From: Fimbriosthenelais zetlandica
Taxonomy: Eukaryota
Direction: 5' to 3'
Assembly: GCA_977030845.1 (NCBI GenBank)
Contig: OZ365114.1
Location: forward strand, 26,598,001-26,662,000
DNA: 64,000 nucleotides
The notes under the pieces were generated by a model, which was not told where the DNA came from, made no database searches, and saw only the letters and a program-made list of their open reading frames with translations. Position 1 is the first letter of the stretch; every line of letters begins with the position of its first letter. Of this stretch, positions 12,581-24,010 are shown in pieces. Position numbers and translations under genes: made by a program.

Positions 12581-14619
12581 ACCTATGGAGTATAAACACA
12601 ATACATGACATTCCTTAGGCATGGCCAATATTCGCCTACTAGACACAGATCAGGCCATTATTCACCCCTTCCCCTACCCCCCACCTTGCCCCCCAACCAG
12701 TCAAGCTGTATATTTACCCTGCAATATGATTCGCACTTGGCGAAGCACGTGTGAAACGATTGCTGCACGTGCACCCCACCCTAGTCAAGTGATCCCCCTC
12801 TGCTGCTATTCCTGGGATGCCCTCCCTCACTCCCTGTTTTCTGTTTGTCTGGGATGTCCTGTGTTGCTCAACAATCCCGAGGAAAAAATCTACTAGCAAT
12901 GTCTAAAGATAACACGGTAGTAGCACTGAGTTATGTCACGTCCATTTACTCACAACAAAGCAAGTTTTCATAGCACATAGAAAATATTAGAAATATTTGT
13001 GCAAATTTTACATATAACTGTTATCAGAAATTTGATCCACAAAGATAGTCTATTATTTGTTATAGCATCAGCGTTTTTAAGCCATCACATTGTCGTAAGA
13101 GCAAGCTGATCCATCTGAACAAGGGTATAGCTCTTTTTAAGATTTAACTTTTCTGATTTAGGGCAACAAAACCTGCAGATTTATAGTAGATTAGGGAGAT
13201 AACGGATTGGAATTTCTGCAGAGTAATACCTGTCTAATCAGGATTTGTTGGTGAATGTACGAGCCAGTTGTAAGCTCGTATAGAACATTTTAGTCCAATC
13301 TCAGAGTCACTTTCCTGAGAATGTAGAAGCCGGTTTTTGTCAGCTACATATCCTCAGGATCCACTTTCATTGTATACTTACAGGAGTAGGTCACTGCCTC
13401 AGGCATTACGAGTAGGAGCAGTAGTGGGTAGAAATAAGCAGGTGAGAGCAGGACCGAGCCACTCACTGCTACAGTTACTCTCAGACTTGATATCAAGGAC
13501 AACAGGGCTCCTGGAGAGAACCAAACACCAGAACTCAGTAGGGTACAGGTGAGAATTGGTAACACTACAACTCTCACCTACATCCCTCCTCCATCTCCAT
13601 CTGATGCTCTGTCATGATATCCAAGAGACTTTAGATCCCGTTAGATTTAAGATGAAACTCGACCCACTGCTCGAGATGAGGTCGTATGAAACCCTTCTCA
13701 GAAAACCATTAACTTTTTCATACCTTCGCGAAATCAGTTCTTGCTTAAACTTTGAGCATGCACTTCCTATGGTTTTGTCATTGGATTTGTTTTTGCAAAT
13801 ACCAGCTCATTTCGAAATGAGAAATTCTCCGGTGATTTTTATATCATTTACTGACCTTTTTATGGCCAAAAAAAGTTGGAAATATTTCCTGAGGTAATAA
13901 GGACATGAGCTTCATTTCCCCCGCAATATTTCATGTAAAATCATGAATTAAACCACGTCCAAGGTTTTCATAAACTAGGTGTGATATATGGCAGAGTATG
14001 TATGAAATAGTGAAGCCATTATATGTGGAATGAGTGGGCAGCAATCACCATTCCTGGTATAGTTTATCAGCGTGTGATATGGGTGTTCTTACTACTGTAT
14101 CTCATATCAGCTGTGAGGGTTACAGACATAGCTACCTCTGTTTGCCTACTCCACACATGCCTGACTGAGACCAGGCTGGCGGTTAACATGTCCCAGCTGC
14201 TACTGGTGTAAGGTAGGGACGCTACCCCAACGCTCCCACCAGAGCCAGCACCTGTGCTGACCAACCAAATCCATCAGCATTATACATACCTTCACCTCGA
14301 GGGTTATTGGGGTTATAGGGGTCCGGGTTCTGGGTTCTGGGTCGTTCTTGTACCACATATTGCTTGGCTAGTTCATGAACTGGAACCCTTTATAGTAACA
14401 GCTGATGGACCCAATTTAGCAGTATATCAGTAGGTTCACATACTATGCCTGGTTATTATGATTTGGTTGCACAAACAGCCCCAAAGACCTTTGGGAGTCA
14501 GTTGGTCTATGATAGACCTATGGTCTATTGACCCATTATGACCGAGGTCACTTTTCCAGACGTTAAAAGGCAATTGCAGCAGAATAGGTCATTGAAGACC
14601 ACTGAGTCATTAAAAGCAT

Positions 14620-15060
14620 AGGGGAATAAGCCGCCCAGAGAGGTCAAGCTATGATTGCTTTTCCCTAAAAATCTGTTGATAATAATGATATTCAGTCTTA
14701 TGTTCTCATAATATGAACAGTTGCTTAGGAAGCTTTTGCAGAATCTGAGCAAAATAGGTCAACAATTCAGCAACTTTTTTTACCAACTTCAGTGACGGAC
14801 GACGAAAATCAAGGTCAGGAAGTCTTGGATGTGTTAAATAAATAATTTGAATGTTATAGTACAAAAATCAAGGATGTGACATATGGAAATAGACCGGATA
14901 TCAAATTCCCAAATTCTGGTAGCGAAGAGAAAATTCCTTGACAAATTCATTGTCATATCTGGGTCAGGAAGACAAATTGGGAGTCCCAATCCACGCCCTC
15001 TAAGTAAACAACAAATCTTCCAATTATACAAGACGGGCTTGTAGATGGAGTGGGAGGACG
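14620..15060 (-). mobile_element. Possible decayed LINE endonuclease-RT linker
   Basis: Fragments LEGVDWDS and LKLVKK...KQLF...EYHYYQQIF in different frames, with stops. Loosely like the CR1/L2 linker (VDW...K..YY...F). Confidence 0.25.
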
Positions 15061-17689
15061 AGGAGGTAGGGATGAACCCTAGAATCCTGCCTTCTGATGT
15101 TGCTCTATCCACCCCTCCTGCTATCTCAGGTTATCTTCTATTCCTCCAGGGTGTAGCGCTCCAGGGTGAGATAGGTTAGACTTCCTACTCCCCAACTTCC
15201 TCCTCATGTCAAAGCCAAAAAACACGGGTATTTTCCTTTTGATAGCTCTACCCTAAACTTTTGGGTTCTTCTTTTCTTCTAATCTCTCAATTGCCTTCTA
15301 GGGTTATGCCTAGGACGGGAGAGATATTTGGAAACAATAGAAGTGTATGTACAACTCTGCACTATTCCATGCATGAAATAAGTCAGTTAGATATAAGCTA
15401 TATTACCTGTCATCTTATGTTCATGATGCCGCCCACCTGTTGGCCCTAATCATGGATTTTTGTCGCCATCGCTATCTAGACCCCCTTCATAGCTCAGGCA
15501 CTGTACACACTGACAGGTTCAGAACTTTGATAAGTGTCCATGAACCTTGAATTTCTGGCATATATACATCTAGATATCTAGCCACATGTCTTAGGTCGAG
15601 CTACCACACATCCATTCATTTATCAATATTGATCAATCAAAACTAAATTATATTTTTCATCACGAGGAATACATTCTTCAGCTGATCATTTGGTTGCCCC
15701 CTCCCATTCACTCCATCTTCCCGCCTAACTGCCCACCAGTGGTCCCAATTGCTAAGCAACCATAATAAGATTTTCATTGGGTAAATAAATATTCTACAAT
15801 TGTCCATTGAAGCAGAAGCTTAGCTTTTATGGCAGACATAACGTCATTACCATGCTCTACATGGGTGGTATATGTTCTTGCAATAAGAAGTACATATTTG
15901 GGATCGGGAATAAATCTTTTAACTGCAAATGCCTTATGTTCCTATACGCATACTTGTCAGCTTAATCTATTCTACCAAGATTTATAGTCCGGAAATACCT
16001 ACTACTATTTCTTCACAATATTGAGGAAAAACAACACAAGGGAATCCTTTTCAATTAGAATGATAAAAAAAACTTCGTCTGAAAGGTTATTACGTCAGAA
16101 GAACATTTTTTCTTGAACTATTTCAAGAGCAAAGGGAATTAATGTAGGCTCTTTAAGCAATGCCGTCTGTAGCAATGCCTATGCTAATAGCAATGCCTAA
16201 TGTCATATGTAGGGGCCTATCATAGCCGAGTCTACAAGAACAGAAATAGATGCTCAGTAAACTCTGACGTCATGAATATCGGGGCACCTGTGACGTGGTA
16301 TTATTTGACCTAATTTCATCCATAACAGTTCCATGGTGGGGTTGGAGATGGGGATTTTTCAGATAGTGTTTACTGATGGAATTCTGCTTACAGTCAATAT
16401 TTCCATGTAGTTCCTTATTAGATCCTGAAATAGATATCTTACCTAGGAGTCATGCAATAATCAGTACGTTGCATAATATTTACCTGGGACTGCAACGATT
16501 CGTTCTGACCCCGGGTCCAGTCACCTCCTTATTCCAACTCTTCAACGAGGTAATCTTCACATAATTATCCTCCTCTCTCACCGACAGATGATCAAAATGA
16601 GGAACGTGTCCTGTGGCCAAGTGAGGCACTTGTCCTCCAGGGCCCACTCTACATTCCCCACTACAGGTAATTCCAATTACTGCAATTATTCACCTGGGAA
16701 ATGTTATCCGCTGGATTTCTCCTACTGTTTTATTAACACTTGGGTTATTAGATTGTACGATTGTAATCCAAATAAAATCACGGAGATTTATGCCCCAAAT
16801 AATGTATAATATAATATATCCAGTGTATAATTAATATTGGTTCTTGCAGGTTGAGTACTCCAGGCTTTGGCAGGGTAAAGGAAGCAATGCTATTGCCTTT
16901 CCTCCCCTGAGTTGATGTGTGTGGAGGTGAGTGTGTAAGGGGTGTGATATACCTCTACTAACCCCTCCCCCTCCTCCAGATAACCAGGAGCAAACCTATA
17001 CCTCCAGCCTCTCACGGTGGGTGTGTTGTTGGTAAGCTTTGTGACGTCTAAAGCCTGGAGATGTGTAAAGGTAGGCTGGAGGTGGATGGTGCCAGATAGA
17101 GGGAGTTGAAGCCACACCTGGTACGGTCCCAAGTCAGGTACTAGTTGTACCCCATAGACACATCATCCCTGGATACCTGTGTCTCCATATACCTGGTGAC
17201 AAGGCACCTCAAGACATATCTGAGACAGGAGAAGCAAAGGTCTATATGTAATGGCACTTAGGCAGGATCCTCCAGTGTTATGTAACTGTCTGGTATTGGG
17301 ATCTACTCAGAAAGTGTAGAATAATGTGGTATTTATGACGAGGCTCGCTCCCAGTTCCTGCCGAAGGTGTACCTCTAATGTTGGATCTGAAAGAACAAAA
17401 GGAAGCAGTTGAACAGAGCAGTTAAAATGGAAGATGGCATGTATTGTAGGTGATGGATGGGTGTTGGGGTTGGGAGGATTTGTGTAGCGACAAGCGAAAA
17501 TAAATATAAGAGGATGGGGAATATAACACAAGGGGAAGTGAATGGTAGCAGGGTAGTCTAGGGACAGGGGACCAAAGCGAAAGGTGATGTTTGTGTGTAG
17601 GTAAAGGTGCAAAAAGAAAGATATAAAATGTTCAAGGGTTGGTCGTATCAAAGGGGAAGATAAACAAGAGTGAAAGAAAGGAAAATGTT

Positions 17690-17830
17690 AAGTATAACGA
17701 AGGGAAAGGACGAGGAAATCTTTAAAACAATCATTGAAGCAACAGGAGAGATACTGGGAGAAGTTCATCTTATCTCTATTGTAAGGTAGTTGGCATTGAA
17801 CACCATACAGTCTAGCTGTTGAACGGGCTG
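17690..17830 (+). mobile_element. Decayed LINE (R1/I-like) linker fragment
   Basis: RKSLKQSLKQQERYWEKFILSLL*GSWH*TPYSLAV resembles K.AK...W..F......PWG.PY. Contains stops. Confidence 0.35.
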
Positions 17831-20800
17831 ACCTCTTTCCCTTTGACATGGTCACCCACAATGTAAAAGGAAGCCACACGGATGTCCATGACTTCCATGT
17901 GGTCCTGTTTACCAGCAATCCAGCGGAGACATTGTCTTCAGACAGGGCTTCTTGAAAGACCCAGTTCTAGTGTCTAGACTACGGGGAAATCTACACCCTT
18001 CACAACATCAGATCCATGAGTTAATATACAACGTTCACCTTGAGTTCTATATGGACTTCACCTGTTACATAATGTGATGGGCGGAAAGTAACTTCATCAG
18101 GTACTTTGGTCCATCTAATGAATACCGTGATAGACTAATCGATACTTAGATAATACATATTTGATTGTCAATCGATGGAGGTTATGTCTATTCTTATATA
18201 TGGGCAGACCGTACATCGATTTTAATCATAAGGTCATGTGTGGTCTTGTATATTTTGCTTCTCAATTATTAGGTGACACGATCGAATTTTCAACAATTTA
18301 AATTCATTATAACAAACATCAAGAGTCAGGGATCTAGGTGCCTTTAAAGTTTTCACAAAGACGTTGCCAACGTTAGGCCTGTTTGTTGTTACATGCCTTC
18401 ACATCTTGCATCTACACTTGAGCTTCGATAAGAAAGAAGCAATTCCAGAAGCTTCTGAGAAAAAAACTGCTGACGATGCCAGCTCCCATGACTCTGGGAA
18501 GAGTAAAAGATCTTTTTAAAAATCTATGAATAAAAAATGACCCTGGCCGTGGAATAATGACCTTGGGGGTGGGAGACCACAACTGGCGTTGAGAAAGTGG
18601 AAGATTTAAATGAAATGGCAGACGATCCGATGTCTTGTAATATGCATCTTCTTTATCAAATATTCAACAAACACTAAGCGCGTCACCCGGGATGAAAGTT
18701 CTCGTTCCAAATCTCGCGGATCACGAGATTGGAGGATCAGGTTTCGGTTGGAGATGAACCAAGTGATAAGCCAAGAGAGGGCGTGTCAGTGAGAGCTCTG
18801 ATTGCGGGATGAGGCAAAGATTGCATGAACCCAGAATATTGCTCATCCACTCGGGCGATGCTCAGCCGATTCTTCCCACAGGGTTAAAGATCAACGGTCA
18901 ACAGAAGTTTATCTAATCATTCCTACAGTTATCTGGCCAGTTCATTTGTTAACGAAGTCTGTGATCAATCGGCTGACGATTTGATTTTCCAGATTGTATT
19001 TTCTGCTTTGACTCACATTCCTCTAATTCCTTCACTATTGTGTTTACTCACTTCATTTAATATTTATCGATTAACTTGCCCAATCATCTGCTGAAAGATT
19101 GCAAAATGTTACGTCAAACCAGACAAGAAACTCCTACTACTTGTGAGCAGTAAATATGACAGAGGCTGGTAAAATGCCTTGATGCAAACATCGCTAAAAC
19201 CTTGGGGTCACCCTATCTATGCCGCTTTTCCCCAGTTACCTGAGCTTCAACTTTCAACTTCTGAGACATAGGTGGGAAGTTTGAGAGACTGGAGAAGGAG
19301 GAAGGGGATGTCAAAAATCTGTTAACATGATGTTCAGGAATGTCGTACGTACGTTCAGGACGTAACCCTGACGTTCATGTCGTGGTCAGGTCACATAGTC
19401 ATGTCCGACATGACGTGAGCATTGGTATGGAGGGTCACTGGGATAGAAATCATACCTTATGGTGCTTTTATTGCAGAGGTGTGAATTCTAATGAAAAATA
19501 TGTGCTGCCAAATGCAAACATCTTCTTGCAAACAATTCAGAGACAATTCATCCATGCATTGTCAATACCAGATATTTGTATAGGGAAAAGACATCTCCTT
19601 CTAGGCTATCTTGGGCTAATTTCATTCTTCCCTTATAAAAGAAACCCTTTGGATTGTTCAGGTAGAGCGGGTACCCTGTCAGGTCCATTCTTGCATGGCA
19701 ACAAAAGCCAGCCACCACTTGCAGCATTCATGGTGGCCACCATTCCCCACTGACCGCGTCCAGTCAGTATTTATTGAGTTAGCCGCCGTGTGGAGTGACT
19801 CGGCGAGCAGTTGCTTTCTCTGTGTGTAGTGATTGTGGGTGTAATTTGTGCCGCCTATCCTGGGACCTCCAATGAAGCTAGTCCAGCCTGACTCTGCTAA
19901 ACATACCCAGCATATGGAATCAGACAAGCAAGGCCGAGTACAGGGAATTTACACTAAATAATGCTTGATGGTCCGCAGTGGGGAATCTTAAGACGGCAAC
20001 AACAAAGACACTACGACGCTCACGGCATACAAAGGTGCCATTTACCTGCAAGCAATCACTCTAGATTCTATGCCGAGGGTAGACTCGGGGCTATAGAAAG
20101 CTTTGAAAATATCGATTTCTCATATTGTAGCATTTGGGGATGAAAGTACGTGTAAATCAAAACCTGCAATTTCAGGACTTGAGATGATATTCCCAGTAAA
20201 GTGCTTGCTTCCACTTCAGGGTAGCTAAGCTGCCTTCAGAGGCACACATGTATTTATGTTTGTGGACCTGAGTACACAAACATGCACTGGAATCACATAT
20301 AGCCTAGCATGCCAGCTGAGTGTATCAAAGCTTGAGTTACTCCTCACTAGCTCCAAGCAATCTAAGCATGAAGACTCTGACAGCTGCTGGCTTTGGACTT
20401 TCCCTCATTTCTAACTTGAAAAACCTTGGAAAAAACGCTTTCCGAGTTTTCTGAGGAGACCCAAAAAACATGGTCAATATTGGCCAATGATGACGTCATC
20501 CTGCTGGGTTCTTTAGGGACAGGGGTGAGCTTTGTGACCTGTGGTCATCTTGGTCACCTCATCCAGGCCTGTCCACCACCTCCAGGCGCGGGCTCGGTGT
20601 TAGATAGGCTTGTTTGACCATCCAGGCATGCCTGGAGCCGGCCAACTGCCCTATGATACTTCTATTCCCCATTCTCCTTCCCCCCTTCATCCCAAGACAC
20701 AGAAAACACTATCAAAAATGGCATTTTTTTCTCACTGAAAATCCACTTCTAGCTTACGCATATGTCAGGGATTTTGAAAGATCCCCGAGTCAGTTATCTA

Positions 20801-21149
20801 TTTTGTTTGCTCATTAAATGTGCCAATATATCAATGTCTTGCTACGGTATCGGTCACTGACACTTTGCCAGACTCTAGATTAGATTCTTCTTGGGAATCT
20901 CTCAGAAGGATTTCTTATAACAGTGTACCAAGTGCCAGCCTCCCTCAGTAAAAGGGACAGTCTGAAGATGCGTGGAATCTGCTTCTTGTGCTTGGTCGGT
21001 CAAGCAGAAGAACTACAAGGCGCTGGTGACTTGTCTGCTGGGATGGGAGCTAACGGAGGCTCAGACCGCCACTCCCCCTAACATCCTCAAAGTAAACTAA
21101 GGCTGCCATACTGCATGATATGGAGGAGATATGGGCTGTCCAGCCATCA

Positions 21150-21410
21150 CTGAACAAGACGCTTCACCTTAAAACATACCAAATATTGCACAGGGCCATC
21201 AACTTAAAGAAAGTCAAAACCACAGATATTCCGTTACTTATTTTCACATACCAGATCCGTTCCACTTCCAATAAATACTTTCCGTCAATTTCTTCAGTTT
21301 ATTTTTGGATTTCCACCAGGATTTGCTTTCTTCTCATCAAGTTCGATTCATCGTCTCACTTCTCTCCTAAATTTAATTCTTCTTTCGGCGCCATGCCACT
21401 TTGATTATCA
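21150..21410 (-). mobile_element. Possible decayed LINE linker fragment
   Basis: Purine-rich minus frame with EESKSWWKSKNKLKKL, a K.WW motif typical of LINE ORF2 linkers. Many stops. Confidence 0.25.
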
Positions 21411-21479
21411 CACCATTAAGAGAGAACCCCCAGTTCCTCCCCACGCCCAAACTTAAAACCAAGCGAACCAGTGGCACGA

Positions 21480-21640
21480 AAAATAAGCTGAAATATTGGA
21501 GCGGATCCAGTGATACAAGAGTCAGACCCTCTCAGATGTAGTTCCTTGCGTGCTGCTGAACGTCAAATCATTTTTTTAATTTCTCTCCGAACCACAAATG
21601 TGGCTCACAAGCATGAGATCCATATTCTTACATTTGTCAT
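21480..21640 (-). mobile_element. Possible hAT C-terminal dimerisation-domain relic
   Basis: LMLVSHICGSERN*KNDLTFSSTQGTTSERV*LLYHWI loosely matches LPVS.A.CERSFS.L...K..LRST..+ERL..L..+.I. Confidence 0.25.
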
Positions 21641-22064
21641 GTATGAGAGCCAATCCAATAGCCACCCAGAAACATAATTCCCTTCTATATATAGCTCTCA
21701 ATCAATAATTGCTTGTCAATGGGGTAGTTTCTGTATGAAAGCCGTAATGTTCATCACAGCATCAGAGCACAGAGCCAAGAGCTCAACGATGAAAATACTT
21801 ATTTCCCCTTCCCTTATATCAAAAGTCAATATCAAGGTACATTATTATGGCTCTCATTTGAGTTAAGCCCATGTGGGAATCAGATATATATCATTGTATA
21901 TCATTGCTCTGAGTGTTCAGCAATACAGAGTTAATTGGTTTTATATATTCCTCAATGATTCGCCGTATTGACCTGAGAGAGTTGGGATGGGAAAGTCCGC
22001 CCGAATTCTCTCACACTGGATTTGGTGGGGAGCCAGTTGGAAGAGGGCGGGTCCATTGATCTGA

Positions 22065-22104
22065 GGGGGGTGGTGGGGGGGGAGGGTAATTTGGGGGACA
22101 GGGG
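22065..22104 (+). other. G-rich potential quadruplex
   Basis: GGGGGG-TGGT-GGGGGGGG-A-GGG-TAATTT-GGGGG-ACA-GGGG. Confidence 0.6.
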
Positions 22105-22599
22105 TCGTTTATGGACCTCACCCTGATGTATGGGACTACTTCCGGTGAAGTAAGCTTGTCTATGAGGTCAATCTGGGTAATATGGACCTGCTAATAGCCA
22201 CCTATTGGCTGACATGATGACTGTAAACAAAATGTGCATCACGGATTCCTCTTAACATATGCTCATGATGCGTAGATCTGTTCATCAGGGAAATTACAGT
22301 AATCTGTCAATGATAATAAAGAACTAAAAATGAGCACATCCTACAATTATTTCAAAAAGGACATACATGTCCGCAATTACCTTCATTTCCCCTAGTTATA
22401 CATTTAGGAGCATGTTCTAGATCATTTAGAACAATTTCCATAGAGAACTTGGTGTTTTATTCATATCATTTCCGATAAATAACATCACAGTGCAATCATA
22501 TCAAGATTTTTCTCCGGCTGACAGCTAGGGTAATGACCTTGGGTGGAAGTGGATGTGGACATAGCAAGTGATAACCCAGTTCTATTTACTAACTCACCA

Positions 22600-22700
22600 A
22601 TGATGGTACATCTCCCTATAAAAGACAGACCAGGAGCTATTACACTGGTCGGCTGTATAGATGATTGTTTGCTTTCACATCGCAATCTATCCCATGTATT
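22600..22700 (+). mobile_element. Possible LTR-type RT YxDD-region relic
   Basis: LVGCIDDCLLSHRNLSHV resembles VY+DD+L+.S.+..+H+. Single motif only. Confidence 0.25.
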
Positions 22701-23760
22701 TTACATTTCATATATGACTATAACGATGGTCGATCCATCATGCCTCCATTCGTTTTTATCATAGTTTAACCAACCAGTTCCTGGAGCATGCAGCTGTTGT
22801 CGAGGCTGTTTTTTGACTTCGGAAATTTTCAATTAAAGGCTAAATTACATTTGATAATTACAGTACAGGCATTCAAAAATGCATTTTCGTTCCATTATTG
22901 AATTGAGTTTTCTGAAATAACCAAATTGATTCGTCTTTAAATAAGAAATTGCAACGTAATATAATACAAAAATGTACTCCAAGCAAACCCAATCTGGCCT
23001 ATGTAACAAGTCAGTAAAACCTGTTTATACAAATATTGGAATGGGGAGGATGTATTATAAGAAACCACTTTGCCATGCCACTTAGCTTTTAAATGGCAAA
23101 CATTGAGGGTGTATCACTGGCGACGTTATGAAGTCCATGATCTGGGTTTGTTGTTCAGAAACAGCTCAGAAGTCTGATTCTAATAACCTGTGAAGCCGGT
23201 ATCATTAATCACTGAGTGAGAGCACCTCCTCCTGACCTAGATACAGGACAGTGCAAGCCTAGCCAGCCATGAAGTCAGCACTCTGGTTAATTTCATAAAA
23301 CTAACTAACCGTGAAGACCAGAAATGAGGTCTTAGGTCTCAGAGCATTAGAGGTGGTGTATAGTGCCAGCCACCATGGCTGGAGGACACTTCAGGAGAAG
23401 AGCGGGGTGTGCTTAGCCTGGTATATAACTGATACAGGGCCGGCCTATATAAACCTTTACTTGTATCCCCCTCAGGAAGGAAGCTCGCCAATATATACCA
23501 TCAGTTTGGGGACTCTGGAACCACAACTCTTTTTTTATTTAGCTTGGCATATCTAGTCCCCCCTGGAGGAAGGCCCCCCACCTGTCTTAGGCAAACTGCA
23601 GAGCTCTATATTTGGGGCTTAGGGGACACCAGTTCCTGGAACAGTATAATGTATGTATATACTGAGGGTCCCAGCGTCAATAATCTATTAGCTCCAAGCT
23701 ACAGGATATATATGTCAGGGTTGCCATACTCCCATTAATTGCAAGGACTCTTCCTTCACA

Positions 23761-24010
23761 GTAATTATGGTTGAAAGCTGCATTGAAAGCTATATCTGTA
23801 TCCCTCTACTTCTCTATATGGCTGTATTTGTAGATTTTGAAAAAGCTTTCAACAGTGTTTCATATTAAAATGAGGATAATATTGTCAAGGCAATGCAACC
23901 TTACCAAGCTAAGGTTGTCTGTACGTTAAGACTAGAGAGCAACTATATTAAAAGTTCAAGATGAAATCTTGACTACTTCCTTGTCAAATGTGATGCTCAG
24001 GCCTTTCCAT
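23761..24010 (+). mobile_element. Decayed RTE-clade LINE reverse transcriptase fragment
   Basis: The frame from 23761 reads VIMVESCIESYICIPLLLYMAVFVDFEKAFNSVS, matching the RT motif PL...F+DFEKAFDSV. Later LDYFLVKCDAQ resembles F.V..GVRQG. Contains stops. Confidence 0.7.

Noticed and set aside
19679-19927. CWVC motif suggesting retroviral env
   Set aside because: Only a four-residue match, with no other env features or LTR context.
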